Positions 33,551-44,202 are shown, counted from the first letter of the stretch. The stretch: 64,000 nucleotides of DNA from an uncultured delta proteobacterium (GCA_963843145.1 CAWJJC010000020.1:320001-384000), one strand, 5' to 3'. Notes: generated from the sequence alone by a model not told the origin. Made by a program: numbers and translations.

Positions 33551-35839
33551 ATGCCGCGCCGCTCTGTGTTAAATAAATCCTCGACAGGTGCCCTTTGCAA
33601 TCAACCTGCCAGTAATTTGGAGTCTCTGGAGCAGGCAGCCGAAGCCCTGAAGGAATCGGATATCCGCTTCAAAACCATCGTCCAAACCTTGCCCAGCATC
33701 CTGCACCTCATGGACCGCCGGAAGCGAACGTATTACATCAGCCCCAACTGTGAAAAGATCGCCGGTTATCCGCCGGAAATCCTGAAAAAGATCGGCAACT
33801 GGATTCATCCCGAGGATATTGCCAAGGTCCAGCGCTTCTTCGATCAAGGTTACCGGGAGAAAAAGGGCGGAAGAAATTTTGAATACCGGGCCGTCAGGAA
33901 GAACGGAGAGATCTGGATCGCCTCGGCCTCCTGGGAGCCGATCATAACAGAGGACGGGTCTTTTCGAGGATTTGTAGTTCAAACCGCTGATGTGACCGGG
34001 CAAAAACAGACGGAAAAAGCACTGCTGGAATCGGAACTCAAATACCGGACCCTGGTTGAAACGCTCCCGGCCGTGACTTATTTGGCCTCCCCTTTCAATC
34101 CGGCGGAGTTGTTTTTTATAGCTCCCCAAATAAAGGATCTGCTCGGATATTCGGTTGAAGAATGGTTGTCCACCCCGAAAAACTGGTCCCGACAGCTCCA
34201 TCCGGAAGATCGCTCTCGCCTGACCAAGGCGGCCCGGCATTCCGGTAAGACCGGGGCCCCTTTTATCCAGGAATACCGGTTGCTGACCCGGGACGGACAC
34301 ACCCTCTGGGTCTTTGACCAGGCCTATTTGTTAAAGGATTTTTCAGGGAACCCTCTCTATTTTCAAGGGATTGTTCAGGATATCACTGTTAGGAAAAAAG
34401 CCGAAGAGCGCTACCGGCAGGTGGTGGAAAACGCCGATGAAGCCATCCTGGTGATTCAGGATAACCAGGTCAAATTCGCCAACCCCAAGTCGGAGGGAAT
34501 TTCAGGTTATTCCATCCAGGAACAGATGACCAGGTCTTTTCTGGATTTTATACATCCCGACGACCGAGCCCTAGTCCAAAACAACCATCTTCGGCGTTTG
34601 AAAGGTCAAAAATCACCCAGCCGCTATAACCTTCGTTTCCTGCATAAAAAAGGAGAGATACGGTTTTTGCGTCTGAACCTCAAATTGATAACCTGGGAGA
34701 ACCGGCCGGCTTCCCTGGTCTTTGCCACGGATATTACCAAGAGCAAAGAAGCCCAGGATCTCCTCCGGGAAAGCCAAGAAAGATACCGGTCTCTGATCGA
34801 AGCCACAGACACCGGCTTTGTTATTTTAAATGAAGAGGGCCAGGTCATGGACGCCAACCTCCAGTATGTCCGGATGACCGGACATCACCGTTTGAAGGAA
34901 ATTATAGGACGGGGAGTCGAGGAGTGGACGGAGGAAAATGAGCGGGATAAAAACCTGGCCGCCGTCAGGGAGTGTTCCCGTCGGGGATTTATTCGTGGCC
35001 TGGAGATTAGTTACCGGAATCCACGAGGTCAGAAGACCTCGGTGGAAATCAATGCCACCGTAGTGAAAGGTGCCGAGGGGCCCCGGATTTTTTCGCTGGT
35101 GCAGGATATTACCCAGCGCAAGGCTACCGAACTGGCCCTGAAAGCCTCCCGGCGGCAACTACGCAATCTTTCGGAACACCTGCAAACCATCTTGGAAAAA
35201 GAGAAAAAAGAAATCTCCCGCCGTATTCACGACGATCTGGGTCAGCAACTGACCGCCATGAAAATGGATCTGTTTTGGCTCAACCAGCGCCTATCTCCCG
35301 ATCAACCGGCTTTGTCCGAAAAAATCAAGTCCCTCACCCGTTTGATCGACGGCTCGATCCAAACCATTCAAACGATTTCCAGAGAACTGCGTCCGCCCCT
35401 GCTGGAACACCTCGGCTTGACCGCCACCCTGGAATGGCAACTTAAAGACTTCCAAAGCCGCACCGGCCTAAAGAGTTCTCTGACCATCTCCCCCCGGCAG
35501 TTGACCCTGGATCCGGAGAATTCCACACTGATTTTTCGTTTAGTTCAGGAGATGTTGACCAATATCATTCGCCATGCGGAGGCCCAAGCGGTAAAAATTA
35601 CTTTGAAAAAATACGAGAATCGGTTAAAATTAATCGTTAGTGATAATGGTCTGGGAATTGCGTCGGACCGGATCAATGACCCCCAATCCTTGGGTTTAAT
35701 CGGAATGCGAGAGCGGGTCTACGCCCGGGGGGGGACAATTCAAATTCGGGGAATCCATCAGGTCGGGACAAAAATTGCCGTCGAAATTCCATTAAACAGA
35801 AAGGAGAAAAGCCATGATAAAAATATTAGTCGCCGATGA
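33551..35839 (+). CDS. Cytoplasmic multi-PAS sensor kinase (HisKA_3/NarX-UhpB type)
   Basis: Four PAS/PAC repeats; ISRRIHDDLGQQLTA, ELRPPLL, QEMLTNIIRHA, DNGLG and GLIGMRER. Confidence 0.9.
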   Translation: MPRRSVLNKSSTGALCNQPASNLESLEQAAEALKESDIRFKTIVQTLPSILHLMDRRKRTYYISPNCEKIAGYPPEILKKIGNWIHPEDIAKVQRFFDQGYREKKGGRNFEYRAVRKNGEIWIASASWEPIITEDGSFRGFVVQTADVTGQKQTEKALLESELKYRTLVETLPAVTYLASPFNPAELFFIAPQIKDLLGYSVEEWLSTPKNWSRQLHPEDRSRLTKAARHSGKTGAPFIQEYRLLTRDGHTLWVFDQAYLLKDFSGNPLYFQGIVQDITVRKKAEERYRQVVENADEAILVIQDNQVKFANPKSEGISGYSIQEQMTRSFLDFIHPDDRALVQNNHLRRLKGQKSPSRYNLRFLHKKGEIRFLRLNLKLITWENRPASLVFATDITKSKEAQDLLRESQERYRSLIEATDTGFVILNEEGQVMDANLQYVRMTGHHRLKEIIGRGVEEWTEENERDKNLAAVRECSRRGFIRGLEISYRNPRGQKTSVEINATVVKGAEGPRIFSLVQDITQRKATELALKASRRQLRNLSEHLQTILEKEKKEISRRIHDDLGQQLTAMKMDLFWLNQRLSPDQPALSEKIKSLTRLIDGSIQTIQTISRELRPPLLEHLGLTATLEWQLKDFQSRTGLKSSLTISPRQLTLDPENSTLIFRLVQEMLTNIIRHAEAQAVKITLKKYENRLKLIVSDNGLGIASDRINDPQSLGLIGMRERVYARGGTIQIRGIHQVGTKIAVEIPLNRKEKSHDKNISRR

Positions 35840-36443
35840 CCACCCCATTGTCCGCCAGGGACTCAAACAAATCCTTTCCGAGTACCCCGACATGACAGTC
35901 GCCGATGAAGCCGGTACCGGCAAGGATGTCCTGGCCAAAGTCGGAAAGAAAGACTTTGATATCGTCCTGTTGGACATTTCCATGCCCGGCCGGAACGGGC
36001 TGGACATCCTTAAGGAATTAAAGACTAAGAAACCAAAGTTGCCGGTCTTAGTGCTGAGCATTTACCCCGAAGATCAATATGCCGTGCGTGTTTTGAAATT
36101 GGGGGCGGCCGGGTACCTGACCAAAGAGAGCGTTCCCGAGGAACTAGTGGCGGCGATTCGCAAGGTGGCCCGGGGCCGTAAATACGTAAGCAGCAGTTTA
36201 GCCGAAAAACTGGCCACCGACCTGGAAATCAATGCGGAGAAATCGCCTCACGAGAACCTTTCCGACCGGGAATATCAGGTCATGTCCATGATTGCCTCCG
36301 GAAAGCGGCTCAAGGAAGTGGCGGAGGAGCTCTCTCTGAGCATCAAGACGATCAGCACCTACCGCTCCCGCATCATGGAAAAGATGAATATGAAAAATAA
36401 TGCCGAGTTGATCCGGTACGCGCTGCAGAATGGCTTGGCTTGA
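35814..36443 (+). CDS. NarL/LuxR-family response regulator
   Basis: ADDHPIVRQG, LLDISMPG, and HTH LSDREYQV..LSLSIKTISTYRSRI. Confidence 0.95.
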   Translation: MIKILVADDHPIVRQGLKQILSEYPDMTVADEAGTGKDVLAKVGKKDFDIVLLDISMPGRNGLDILKELKTKKPKLPVLVLSIYPEDQYAVRVLKLGAAGYLTKESVPEELVAAIRKVARGRKYVSSSLAEKLATDLEINAEKSPHENLSDREYQVMSMIASGKRLKEVAEELSLSIKTISTYRSRIMEKMNMKNNAELIRYALQNGLA

Positions 36444-36452
36444 ACAAAAACC

Positions 36453-36500
36453 TCTACCTCCTCCCTAAGAAGCCCGCTTAGGGATGGAGGTAGATCATTT
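36453..36500 (+). terminator. Stem-loop, putative terminator
   Basis: TCTACCTCC-TCCCTAAG pairs with CTTAGGGA-T-GGAGGTAGA. Confidence 0.6.
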
Positions 36501-36765
36501 CCATTGAGGGGAAAAGCGCACCTGTCGTTTACCCTTTCATTCAATAAGCCGGCCGGGAATACGAATTCGCTTTCGAATCTTATTCCGGGACCTATCCCCA
36601 ACAGGTATTTACTTCCTCTCTGGCAGAAGGAGTGCGCCCCGGCCTTACCGGCCACACCGGTCGGAAGAATACATTTAAACTATCTTCGGTCCTATCACTC
36701 CCCAAAAAACATCTGGGCCTTCTTTTCATCAAAATATAACTATACCCCCGAGAAGGAAATTCAAA

Positions 36766-37575
36766 ATGACACGGCAGCCGTATGTAATGGAAAGCGAAGA
36801 CGAATCGATCCGTCTGGACATCAAAACAGATCCCCGAACGGTTCAAAAATTTGCCCGCTGGGCCGGAATCCAAGCGGGAATGAAGGTGGGGGATTTTGGC
36901 TGTGGTCCGGGCAAGACCAGTTATTATTTGAACCGTCTGGTTCAGCCGGGGGGATCCACCTTGGGGATCGACATCTCAGCCCAACGAATTGACTACGCCA
37001 GAATTCATTTTCCTTCCCCAGGGTTGGATTTTGTCACCGCGGATATCCGAGAATCGCTCGATGCGCACGGTCCTTTCGATTTCATTTGGGTCCGTTTTGT
37101 GTTGGAATACTATCGCTCTTCCGGGTTCGAAATCGTCAGAAATATTTCTTCCGCCCTCCAACCGGGAGGGGTTCTTTGTCTGATCGACCTGGACTATAAC
37201 TGTCTGTCTCATTTCGGGTTTTCATCTACCCTGGAAAAGGCGATGAACGGGGTGATTCAACACGTGGAACAGCGGGCCGACTTTGACCCTTACGCAGGAC
37301 GGAAGCTATATTCTTATTTGTTCGACCTGAATTTTTCCGAAATCCGGGTTAAGATGGACTCCCATCATCTGATCTACGGCAAGGTCAAGGAAAAAGACCT
37401 TTTCAACTGGACTCAAAAGGTGGAAATCGCCGCCCGGCAATCAGGATATGGGTTTAAGGAGTATGAAAACGGTTTTCAAGGTTTTCATTCCGAGTTTCAA
37501 GCTTTTTTCCATGATCCTCGGCGTTTCACCTATACGCCGGTTATCTGTTGTCGCGGGAGAAAATCCGGGTCTTAA
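36766..37575 (+). CDS. Class I SAM-dependent methyltransferase
   Basis: VGDFGCGPG, GIDIS, FDFIWVRFVLEY and LQPGGVL. Confidence 0.88.
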   Translation: MTRQPYVMESEDESIRLDIKTDPRTVQKFARWAGIQAGMKVGDFGCGPGKTSYYLNRLVQPGGSTLGIDISAQRIDYARIHFPSPGLDFVTADIRESLDAHGPFDFIWVRFVLEYYRSSGFEIVRNISSALQPGGVLCLIDLDYNCLSHFGFSSTLEKAMNGVIQHVEQRADFDPYAGRKLYSYLFDLNFSEIRVKMDSHHLIYGKVKEKDLFNWTQKVEIAARQSGYGFKEYENGFQGFHSEFQAFFHDPRRFTYTPVICCRGRKSGS

Positions 37576-37599
37576 AATATTTTCAGTTTTATCCCCTCC

Positions 37600-38039
37600 C
37601 ACTGATTCAACTCCTGGAAAAGGAGCCCCTTCCCCCGGGGGTGGAATTGGTGGACGGCGGAACCTCTACCCTGGACATCCTGCCCCTGTTAAAGGAGGCC
37701 GATAAAATCATTTTGGTCGATGCCCTGCAGGCCCGGGGAGAGCCGGGGAGCATTTACCGCTGCCGCCCCCAGGACCTGATTCCTGCCGAGGACGCGCCCA
37801 TGTCCCTTCACCACATCGATTTTGTCCAGGCCTTAAAAATGGCCAAGCTCCTGGGAGACGACCTGGAATCACGGACCATCATCTTTGGGGTGGAACCCCA
37901 GGAAATCGGCTGGGAAATCGGCCTGACTCCGCCGGTTCAGGAAAAAATGCCCCTCCTCCAAAAGCTGGTTGTCGAGGAGGCCTTAAAGGACGACCGGGTA
38001 TCGGCCCTTTCCGGCCCCCTGGATCGGGGCTTAACTTAA
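37600..38039 (+). pseudogene. Hydrogenase maturation protease (HyaD/HybD family), N-terminally truncated
   Basis: VELVDGGT, IILVDA..GEPGSIYR, SLHH, FGVEP and GLTPPV are present. The N-terminal GxGN..DEGxG motif and a credible start are missing. Confidence 0.7.
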
Positions 38040-38470
38040 CCTTTTAATTCCGATGTACACTGGGGACAACGGGTCGCCTTGATCGGGATGGCCGAAAAGC
38101 AGAACGAGCATTCCTTGGTATTGGGCGGCGCCGGTGGCGGCGCCTTTTTAAGCCGGTTGATCTGCTGGATCACCAGAAAAATCGCCAAGGCAATAATCAC
38201 AAAATCGATGATGGTATTGAAAAATAGCCCGTATTTGATGACCGGTACACCGGCGGCCTTGGCCTCCGCCAGGGTGGCCACCGATTTGCCGGAGAGGTTG
38301 ATAAAAAGCTCACTGAAATCCATTTTCCCCAGCAACAGTCCGATGGGGGGCATAATTACATCGGCCACGAAAGAACTGACGATCTTCCCGAAAGCGACCC
38401 CGATGATGATGCCCACGGCCATGTCCAGCACATTCCCCTTCATGGCAAATTCCTTGAACTCTTTCAACAT
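38036..38470 (-). CDS. mscL: Large-conductance mechanosensitive channel with C-terminal CxxC-CxxC ribbon
   Basis: [30 protein letters not shown] and [11 protein letters not shown]; tail ECSFCFS..RCPQCTS. Confidence 0.93.
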   Translation of the reverse strand: MLKEFKEFAMKGNVLDMAVGIIIGVAFGKIVSSFVADVIMPPIGLLLGKMDFSELFINLSGKSVATLAEAKAAGVPVIKYGLFFNTIIDFVIIALAIFLVIQQINRLKKAPPPAPPNTKECSFCFSAIPIKATRCPQCTSELKG

Positions 38471-38760
38471 GACAAATATCTCCTTTCGGTGATGGGTTGA
38501 ACTGAGAAGGTTATAAAACGATAACCCGCTGAACGCTGATTTCGTCCTCCCCCCCTTTAATTTCGGTCAGGAAAGGCTTGCTTTTAACGCAAAAAATTGA
38601 CAAGATGATAAAGAGGACGCTTCGCCCTTTTGGGTAAGTACCTCTTCATAGCTGGTATGACCGCTGGGACCCGGCGGCCACAAAGGACTGATTTCAGACC
38701 AAGCTGCCAAATAAAATTAGGGCGAACAACCGGACAGAGATTTATTATAATTCCATTATC

Positions 38761-39635
38761 ATGAGCAGACCCTGAAAAAATAAGGCAGCGGATTGAGGAA
38801 GACAAGAAAAGACATCCTCAGTACGAGCCCTTTTTGGACTTTTGGGAACAGTTGCTGTCCATCCAGTCGGCGTTTATGGCCCAAGACCCCGGGGAAGCGC
38901 TTCCCAACACTGAACCGCTTAAACGCCTTAAATTCAATGAGGGATTTCCTTTTTTTTCTTTCAAGAATTTTCCGGTCGACGCCGTTCGTTTCCGAAACCT
39001 TTTTCAGGAAATCCTCAAAGGGACCCGCGCGGCCAATCCCAAAATGACCGAACAAATCCCTTTGATTGAAAAATGGTTAGCCGGTGAAGGCCGAAACCTG
39101 GAACCCTGGCTGACCCTTTTGTTTCAGGAGGACGGTCAACCCTTTATTCAGGCGGCGGCCTCCTGCGGTCTGGACCCCGAGATTTTATTGTTTCTTTTCT
39201 TAGCCTCCTGGAAGCCTTTCCTCAAATTTCAGGCTCAGGCCCTGGCCCGGGATCCCGAGTTGGACTGGGCCACCTGGTCCAAGGGTTATTGCCCGGTCTG
39301 CGGCGGCAGGCCTCTGTTGGCCTATCTGGAGGAAGGGGGAAAACGCTTCGGGACCTGTTCCGTCTGCGAATTTACCTGGGCTCTCCCCCGGTTTGTCTGC
39401 CCCTATTGCGACAACAAGGAGCAAAAGAATTTTCGCTATTTTTTCTCGGAAAAAGAGAAGGGCCTTCGCCTGGAGGTTTGCGAGGCCTGCAAGCATTATT
39501 TGAAAATCATCGACCTGAGGGAACGGAGGGTGGATCCTCTCCCCGCTGCTGGACGACTTGGTGACGACGCATCTGGATCTCTGGGCCAGAAATAAGGGCT
39601 ATCAAAGGATACCCCTTTCCGACCACTTGTTCTAA
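38761..39635 (+). pseudogene. fdhE: Formate dehydrogenase accessory protein FdhE, frameshifted near 38764 and 39542 (possible errors)
   Basis: CPVCG, CSVCEFTW, CPYC and CEACKHYLK. An alternative frame gives LDDLVTTHLDLWARNKGY..stop at 39635. Confidence 0.78.
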
Positions 39636-39648
39636 TCGCGGATAGCCT

Positions 39649-39978
39649 GTGAAAATTTCTTTTAAGATCTGGCTGGAAGAGGAAGATCATCGGGTCCGCT
39701 TCGGGGATGGACGCCGCCAACTCCTCCAGGCCATTGCCGATCACGGATCCCTAGCCCAGGCGGCCAAAAAAATGAATATGTCTTATCGGGCGGCCTGGGG
39801 CCGCCTTAAGGCCTCGGAGGATCGTTTGGGGTATTCTTTGGCGGAAAAAGATACCACCTTGGGAAAACGAGGCGGATTACGTTTAACGCGGGAAGGCAAA
39901 GCGTTGCTGGAAAAATTCACCGCCATCCACCAAACCCTGGCGCAACGGGTGACCGAACTGGAAAAAGAATATTTTTGA
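39649..39978 (+). CDS. ModE-type winged-HTH regulator (N-terminal domain only)
   Basis: FGDGRRQLLQAI..GSLAQAAKKMNMSYRAAWGRL..GGLRLT; no molybdate-binding TOBE domain. Confidence 0.85.
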   Translation: MKISFKIWLEEEDHRVRFGDGRRQLLQAIADHGSLAQAAKKMNMSYRAAWGRLKASEDRLGYSLAEKDTTLGKRGGLRLTREGKALLEKFTAIHQTLAQRVTELEKEYF

Positions 39979-40469
39979 AAACCACCACTCCTCACCCTTG
40001 GACGGAACTGGAAAAAACCCTCATCGGGGAATTGACCGGCGATCTGGAGATCATCCCTCAGCCTTTTTTGCCGTTGGCCGAACGCCTGGGTCTTTCCCAT
40101 CGCCGGCTGCTGCTGATGATTCGCCGCTTGCAGCGGGACGACGTTATCCGTCGTTTCGGGGCCACCCTGCGCCATCGCAATTCGGGTTTTAAAGCCAATG
40201 CCATGGCGGTCTGGCAGGTCCCCGAGGACCGGATCGAGCCCATCGGACGAGCTATAGCCGCTTTCCGGGAGGTCACCCACTGCTACCATAGAAAACCCCA
40301 TGCCGATTGGCCCTACAACCTGTATACCATGATCCACGCCGCCACCGAGGCCCGCTGCCGGGAGGTGGCCCAAACCATATCTCAATCTGTCGGCCTGGAG
40401 GCGTACCGGCTGCTGTTCAGTCACCGTGAATTAAAGAAAACCACCATGAGGTATTTTCATCATGAATAA
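39975..40469 (+). CDS. ahbB: Siroheme decarboxylase beta subunit (Lrp/AsnC-like)
   Basis: IRRFGATLRHR..GFKANAMAVW, VTHCYHR..WPYNLYTMIH, ELKKTTMRYF; coupled to hemL. Confidence 0.88.
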   Translation: MKTTTPHPWTELEKTLIGELTGDLEIIPQPFLPLAERLGLSHRRLLLMIRRLQRDDVIRRFGATLRHRNSGFKANAMAVWQVPEDRIEPIGRAIAAFREVTHCYHRKPHADWPYNLYTMIHAATEARCREVAQTISQSVGLEAYRLLFSHRELKKTTMRYFHHE

Positions 40470-41757
40470 GACCTATACCCGCTCCGAATCGCTTTTTGAA
40501 CGCAGTCAACGGGTGATTCCCGGGGGAGTTAACAGCCCAGTCAGGGCCGCCCGGTCGGTCGGGGCCTGCCCTTTATTCATTGCCCGGGCGGCGGGTTCCA
40601 GGATTGTCGATGTGGACAACCAGGTTTATATCGATTACGTCGGATCCTGGGGCCCTATGATTCTGGGGCACGCCCACCCCCAGGTCCTCGAGGCCCTCAA
40701 CCAGGCTGCCTCTCTGGGAACCAGTTATGGTGCCCCAACGGAGGCCGAAGTGCTGCTGGCTGAAAAAATCGTGGCCTCCGTGCCTTCGGTGGAGAAAGTC
40801 CGCTTGGTGAGCTCCGGAACGGAGGCTACCATGAGCGCCGTTCGTCTGGCCAGGGCCTACACCCAACGCCCGGTAATCGTCAAGTTTGACGGCTGCTACC
40901 ACGGGCATGGAGACAGTTTCCTGATCAAAGCCGGTTCCGGCGTGGCCACCCTGGGCATCCCCGGCAGCCCCGGGGTTCCTCAGGAAATTGCCGCCCTGAC
41001 CGTTTCGCTGCCCTACAATGACCTAAATTCCGTGCAGCAACTTTTTCATGAAAAAGGCGGGCAAATAGCGGCCTTGATCGTCGAACCGGTGGCGGGCAAC
41101 ATGGGGGTCGTGCCGCCCCGACCGGGATTTCTGGAAGGACTCCGCGAGGTAACTTCCCAATCCGGTTCTTTGTTGATTTTTGACGAGGTCATTACCGGCT
41201 TTCGGGTAGCCTTGGGGGGAGCGCAGGAACTTTTCAACATCCGGCCCGATCTGACTTGTCTGGGAAAAATCATTGGGGGCGGGTTGCCGGTGGGGGCTTA
41301 CGGTGGGCGGGAGGAAATCATGTCCTGGATCGCCCCGGTCGGCCCGGTGTACCAGGCGGGGACCCTCTCCGGAAACCCCCTGGCCACTGCCGCCGGCCTG
41401 GCTACCTTGAATCTTTTATCGGAAAAGGATGTCTACCCGCAACTGGAAGAAAAGTCGGCCTTTTTCTTCGGTAAGCTGGGGGCCATCGCCCAAAGCCAGG
41501 GGCTCCCCTTCCAGGTTGCCCGCGTCGGATCTCTGGGCAGCTTTTTTTTCTCCCGGGAACCGGTGACGGATTTCACTACCGTACAGCAGGCCTCGGCCGA
41601 GGCCTACGGTCAATTCTTCCGGGCCATGCGGGAACGCGGCGTTTACCTGGCTCCCTCGGCCTTTGAAGCCCTGTTCATCTCCCTGGCCCATTCCCGGGAA
41701 GATCTGGAAATAACCTTGGCCGCCGCGGAAGAATCCTTTCGGGAAATAGAATTTTAG
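40462..41757 (+). CDS. hemL: Glutamate-1-semialdehyde 2,1-aminomutase
   Basis: PGGVNSPVRA, SSGTEATM, GCYHGH, FDEVITGFR, LGKIIGGGLPVGAYGG and YQAGTLSGNP. Confidence 0.97.
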   Translation: MNKTYTRSESLFERSQRVIPGGVNSPVRAARSVGACPLFIARAAGSRIVDVDNQVYIDYVGSWGPMILGHAHPQVLEALNQAASLGTSYGAPTEAEVLLAEKIVASVPSVEKVRLVSSGTEATMSAVRLARAYTQRPVIVKFDGCYHGHGDSFLIKAGSGVATLGIPGSPGVPQEIAALTVSLPYNDLNSVQQLFHEKGGQIAALIVEPVAGNMGVVPPRPGFLEGLREVTSQSGSLLIFDEVITGFRVALGGAQELFNIRPDLTCLGKIIGGGLPVGAYGGREEIMSWIAPVGPVYQAGTLSGNPLATAAGLATLNLLSEKDVYPQLEEKSAFFFGKLGAIAQSQGLPFQVARVGSLGSFFFSREPVTDFTTVQQASAEAYGQFFRAMRERGVYLAPSAFEALFISLAHSREDLEITLAAAEESFREIEF

Positions 41758-41787
41758 CCAAAAATATTTTTACTGTTGGCTAAAATT
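41750..41787. terminator. 12-bp stem between convergent hemL and MBL-fold genes (likely bidirectional terminator)
   Basis: AATTTTAGCCAA pairs with TTGGCTAAAATT; both TAG stop codons lie within the arms. Confidence 0.65.
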
Positions 41788-42415
41788 TTATATAGGGGTT
41801 CTCCTTTTTCTCCTTCCCGATAGTGGAAGTCGGCCGATCGCCGTAATCATGGCCCGGACGGACCACGGTCTCATCCGGCAGCGTAAGGATTTTATCCTTA
41901 AGGGATTGAAGCAAAGTCTCCGGCGACCCGCCCGGAAGATCCGTCCGGCCCACGGCCCCAACAAAAAGCGTATCCCCGGTGAAGAGGTTATTTCGTCCGT
42001 ACAGGCAGATCCCGCCGGGGGTATGTCCCGGGGTATGAATCACTTTCAACGTCTCCTGCCCAAAGGCAATCACGTCCCCGTCCCGCACCCTCCAATCCAC
42101 CGGGGGCGAAGGCCGAAAGCCCATCTGCTGGGCCAGGATACGGCTGGAAGGGCTGTCGGACCACCGGGCATCCGCCTCATGCATGACGATCCGGGCACCG
42201 GTTTTATCTTTCAGCAACTGGTTGCCGCAAGTATGGTCCGGATGTCCGTGGGTATTGATGAGATACACGGCTTCCAGTTTTTTTTGTTGCAGGACCCGGT
42301 AAATATGTTCCTCACTACCGGCCGGGTCGATCAGCACGCATTTCAGGCTCTGTTCACAACCCACGATGTAGCAGAAGACCGCCATTTGCCCCACCATCAT
42401 TTGTTTAAGGATCAT
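41780..42415 (-). CDS. MBL-fold metallo-hydrolase (glyoxalase II-like)
   Basis: INTHGHPDH, HTPGHTPG, FTGDTLF and PGHDYG. Start set at ATG 42415. Confidence 0.9.
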   Translation of the reverse strand: MILKQMMVGQMAVFCYIVGCEQSLKCVLIDPAGSEEHIYRVLQQKKLEAVYLINTHGHPDHTCGNQLLKDKTGARIVMHEADARWSDSPSSRILAQQMGFRPSPPVDWRVRDGDVIAFGQETLKVIHTPGHTPGGICLYGRNNLFTGDTLFVGAVGRTDLPGGSPETLLQSLKDKILTLPDETVVRPGHDYGDRPTSTIGKEKKENPYIKF

Positions 42416-42512
42416 AACCTGGGTTCTCCCGAGGGATTCGCTTTTTCTTGCTTTCATTCTTCCATATTTATTATAGTAATTCAATTAATCCGTTCAGCAG
42501 AAGGAGGACCCC

Positions 42513-44189
42513 ATGCGTAGCGACGCCATGAAAAAAGGACTGGAGAAATCACCCCATCGCTCCCTTTTTAAAGCCATGGGCTACACCGATGAAGAAATCG
42601 CCCGGCCGCTGGTCGGTATAGCCAATTCGGCCAATGAAATCATTCCCGGACACATCCACCTGGACCGAATCTGCCAGGCCGTGAAAGACGGGGTGCGCAT
42701 GGCCGGTGGGACGCCTATATCCTTTTCCACCATCGGCGTCTGTGACGGGATTGCCATGAACCACGAAGGCATGAAATATTCCCTGGCCAGCCGGGAGCTG
42801 ATCGCCGACTCGGTGGAGGTTATGGCCCGGGCCCACCCTTTTGACGCCCTGGTTTTGATCCCCAATTGCGACAAGATCATCCCGGGAATGCTGATGGCCA
42901 TGCTGCGCCTGAATATCCCGGCCATTATGGTCAGCGGGGGCCCCATGCTCACCGGCCGCTGGCGCGGGAAAAACGTTCACCTGGTCAGCGTCTTCGAAGG
43001 GGTGGGGCAAGTCAAGGCCGGAAAATTAAAGGCCGCGGAGCTGCGGGAACTGGAGGACGCGGCCTGCCCCGGCTGCGGTTCCTGTGCCGGAATGTTCACC
43101 GCCAACTCGATGAATTGCCTGACCGAGGCCATCGGTTTAGGACTCCCCGGAAACGGCACCATCCCCGCCGTCTCGGCGGCCCGCCTTCGCCTGGCCAAGC
43201 AGGCCGGGAACAAGATTATGGAATTATTAAAAAAGAAAATTCTCCCCCGGGACATCGCCACCCTGCCGGCCTTTCGAAACGCCATCGCGGTCGATATGGC
43301 CCTGGGCTGCTCCACTAACACGGTGCTCCATGTCCCGGCCATAGCCTCCGAAGCGGGGATCAACCTGCCCCTGACTCTTTTTAACCAAATCAGCCAAAAG
43401 ACCCCCCATCTCTGCAATTTAATACCCGCCGGTCCCCATAGCCTGCAGGAACTGCATGAGGCCGGCGGCATCCCGGCGCTTATGGCGGAACTCACCAAAA
43501 GGAAGGGGCTGGATACCCGGGTCTTGACGGCGACCGCCTCGACCTTGGCGGTAAATTTAAAAGGCCAGACTGTCATGGACCCGGAGGTTATTCGCCCGAT
43601 TAGCCGCCCGTATCATGCTGAAGGGGGCATCGCCGTCCTTTTCGGCAACCTGGCCCCCGAGGGCGCGGTGGTCAAACAATCCGCGGTGGCGCCGGAAATG
43701 CTGAAACACCAGGGCCCGGCCCGGGTCTTTGATTCCGAGCCGGCCGCTCAACAGGCTATCCTGGGCAAGAAGATCCACAAAGGGGATGTGGTAATTATAC
43801 GCTATGAAGGCCCCAAGGGGGGACCGGGGATGCAGGAAATGCTTTCCCCCACCGCCGCCATCATCGGGATGGGGTTGGGCAAGGAGGTCGCCTTGATTAC
43901 CGATGGACGGTTCAGCGGGGGGACCCAAGGCGCGGCCATCGGCCATGTTTCACCCGAAGCGGCGTCGGGAGGACCTCTGGCCTTGGTCCGGGAGGGAGAT
44001 CGTATCGCCATCGATATCCCCAATAAAAAAATAAGCCTGCAGGTTTCCCCCGAGGAGTTGGAACGGCGAAGGAAAAAATGGAAACCCCAACCGCCGAAAA
44101 TTAAAAGCGGCTACCTCTATCGTTATTCCCAGTTGGTGACTTCCGGCAGTACCGGCGCCGTGTTTAAAGAGGATTGTTCTTCAACCTAA
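42513..44189 (+). CDS. ilvD: Dihydroxy-acid dehydratase
   Basis: [47 protein letters not shown] and ITDGRFSG. Confidence 0.97.
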   Translation: MRSDAMKKGLEKSPHRSLFKAMGYTDEEIARPLVGIANSANEIIPGHIHLDRICQAVKDGVRMAGGTPISFSTIGVCDGIAMNHEGMKYSLASRELIADSVEVMARAHPFDALVLIPNCDKIIPGMLMAMLRLNIPAIMVSGGPMLTGRWRGKNVHLVSVFEGVGQVKAGKLKAAELRELEDAACPGCGSCAGMFTANSMNCLTEAIGLGLPGNGTIPAVSAARLRLAKQAGNKIMELLKKKILPRDIATLPAFRNAIAVDMALGCSTNTVLHVPAIASEAGINLPLTLFNQISQKTPHLCNLIPAGPHSLQELHEAGGIPALMAELTKRKGLDTRVLTATASTLAVNLKGQTVMDPEVIRPISRPYHAEGGIAVLFGNLAPEGAVVKQSAVAPEMLKHQGPARVFDSEPAAQQAILGKKIHKGDVVIIRYEGPKGGPGMQEMLSPTAAIIGMGLGKEVALITDGRFSGGTQGAAIGHVSPEAASGGPLALVREGDRIAIDIPNKKISLQVSPEELERRRKKWKPQPPKIKSGYLYRYSQLVTSGSTGAVFKEDCSST

Positions 44190-44202
44190 GAGGGGGTGCA
44201 GT

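Noticed and set aside
36553-36590. Hairpin with a GAAA-like loop on the minus strand considered as a c-di-GMP-I riboswitch
   Set aside because: Lacks the GGCAAAC and GACGCAAAGC elements, and its orientation is opposite to the downstream gene.
36504-36992. 162-aa ORF upstream of and overlapping the methyltransferase
   Set aside because: No domain signal, and it overlaps a better-supported gene in another frame.
38488-38550. GGTGATGG...GCTGAT resembling a fluoride riboswitch
   Set aside because: The pseudoknot pairing and terminal motif are missing, and no fluoride-related gene follows.
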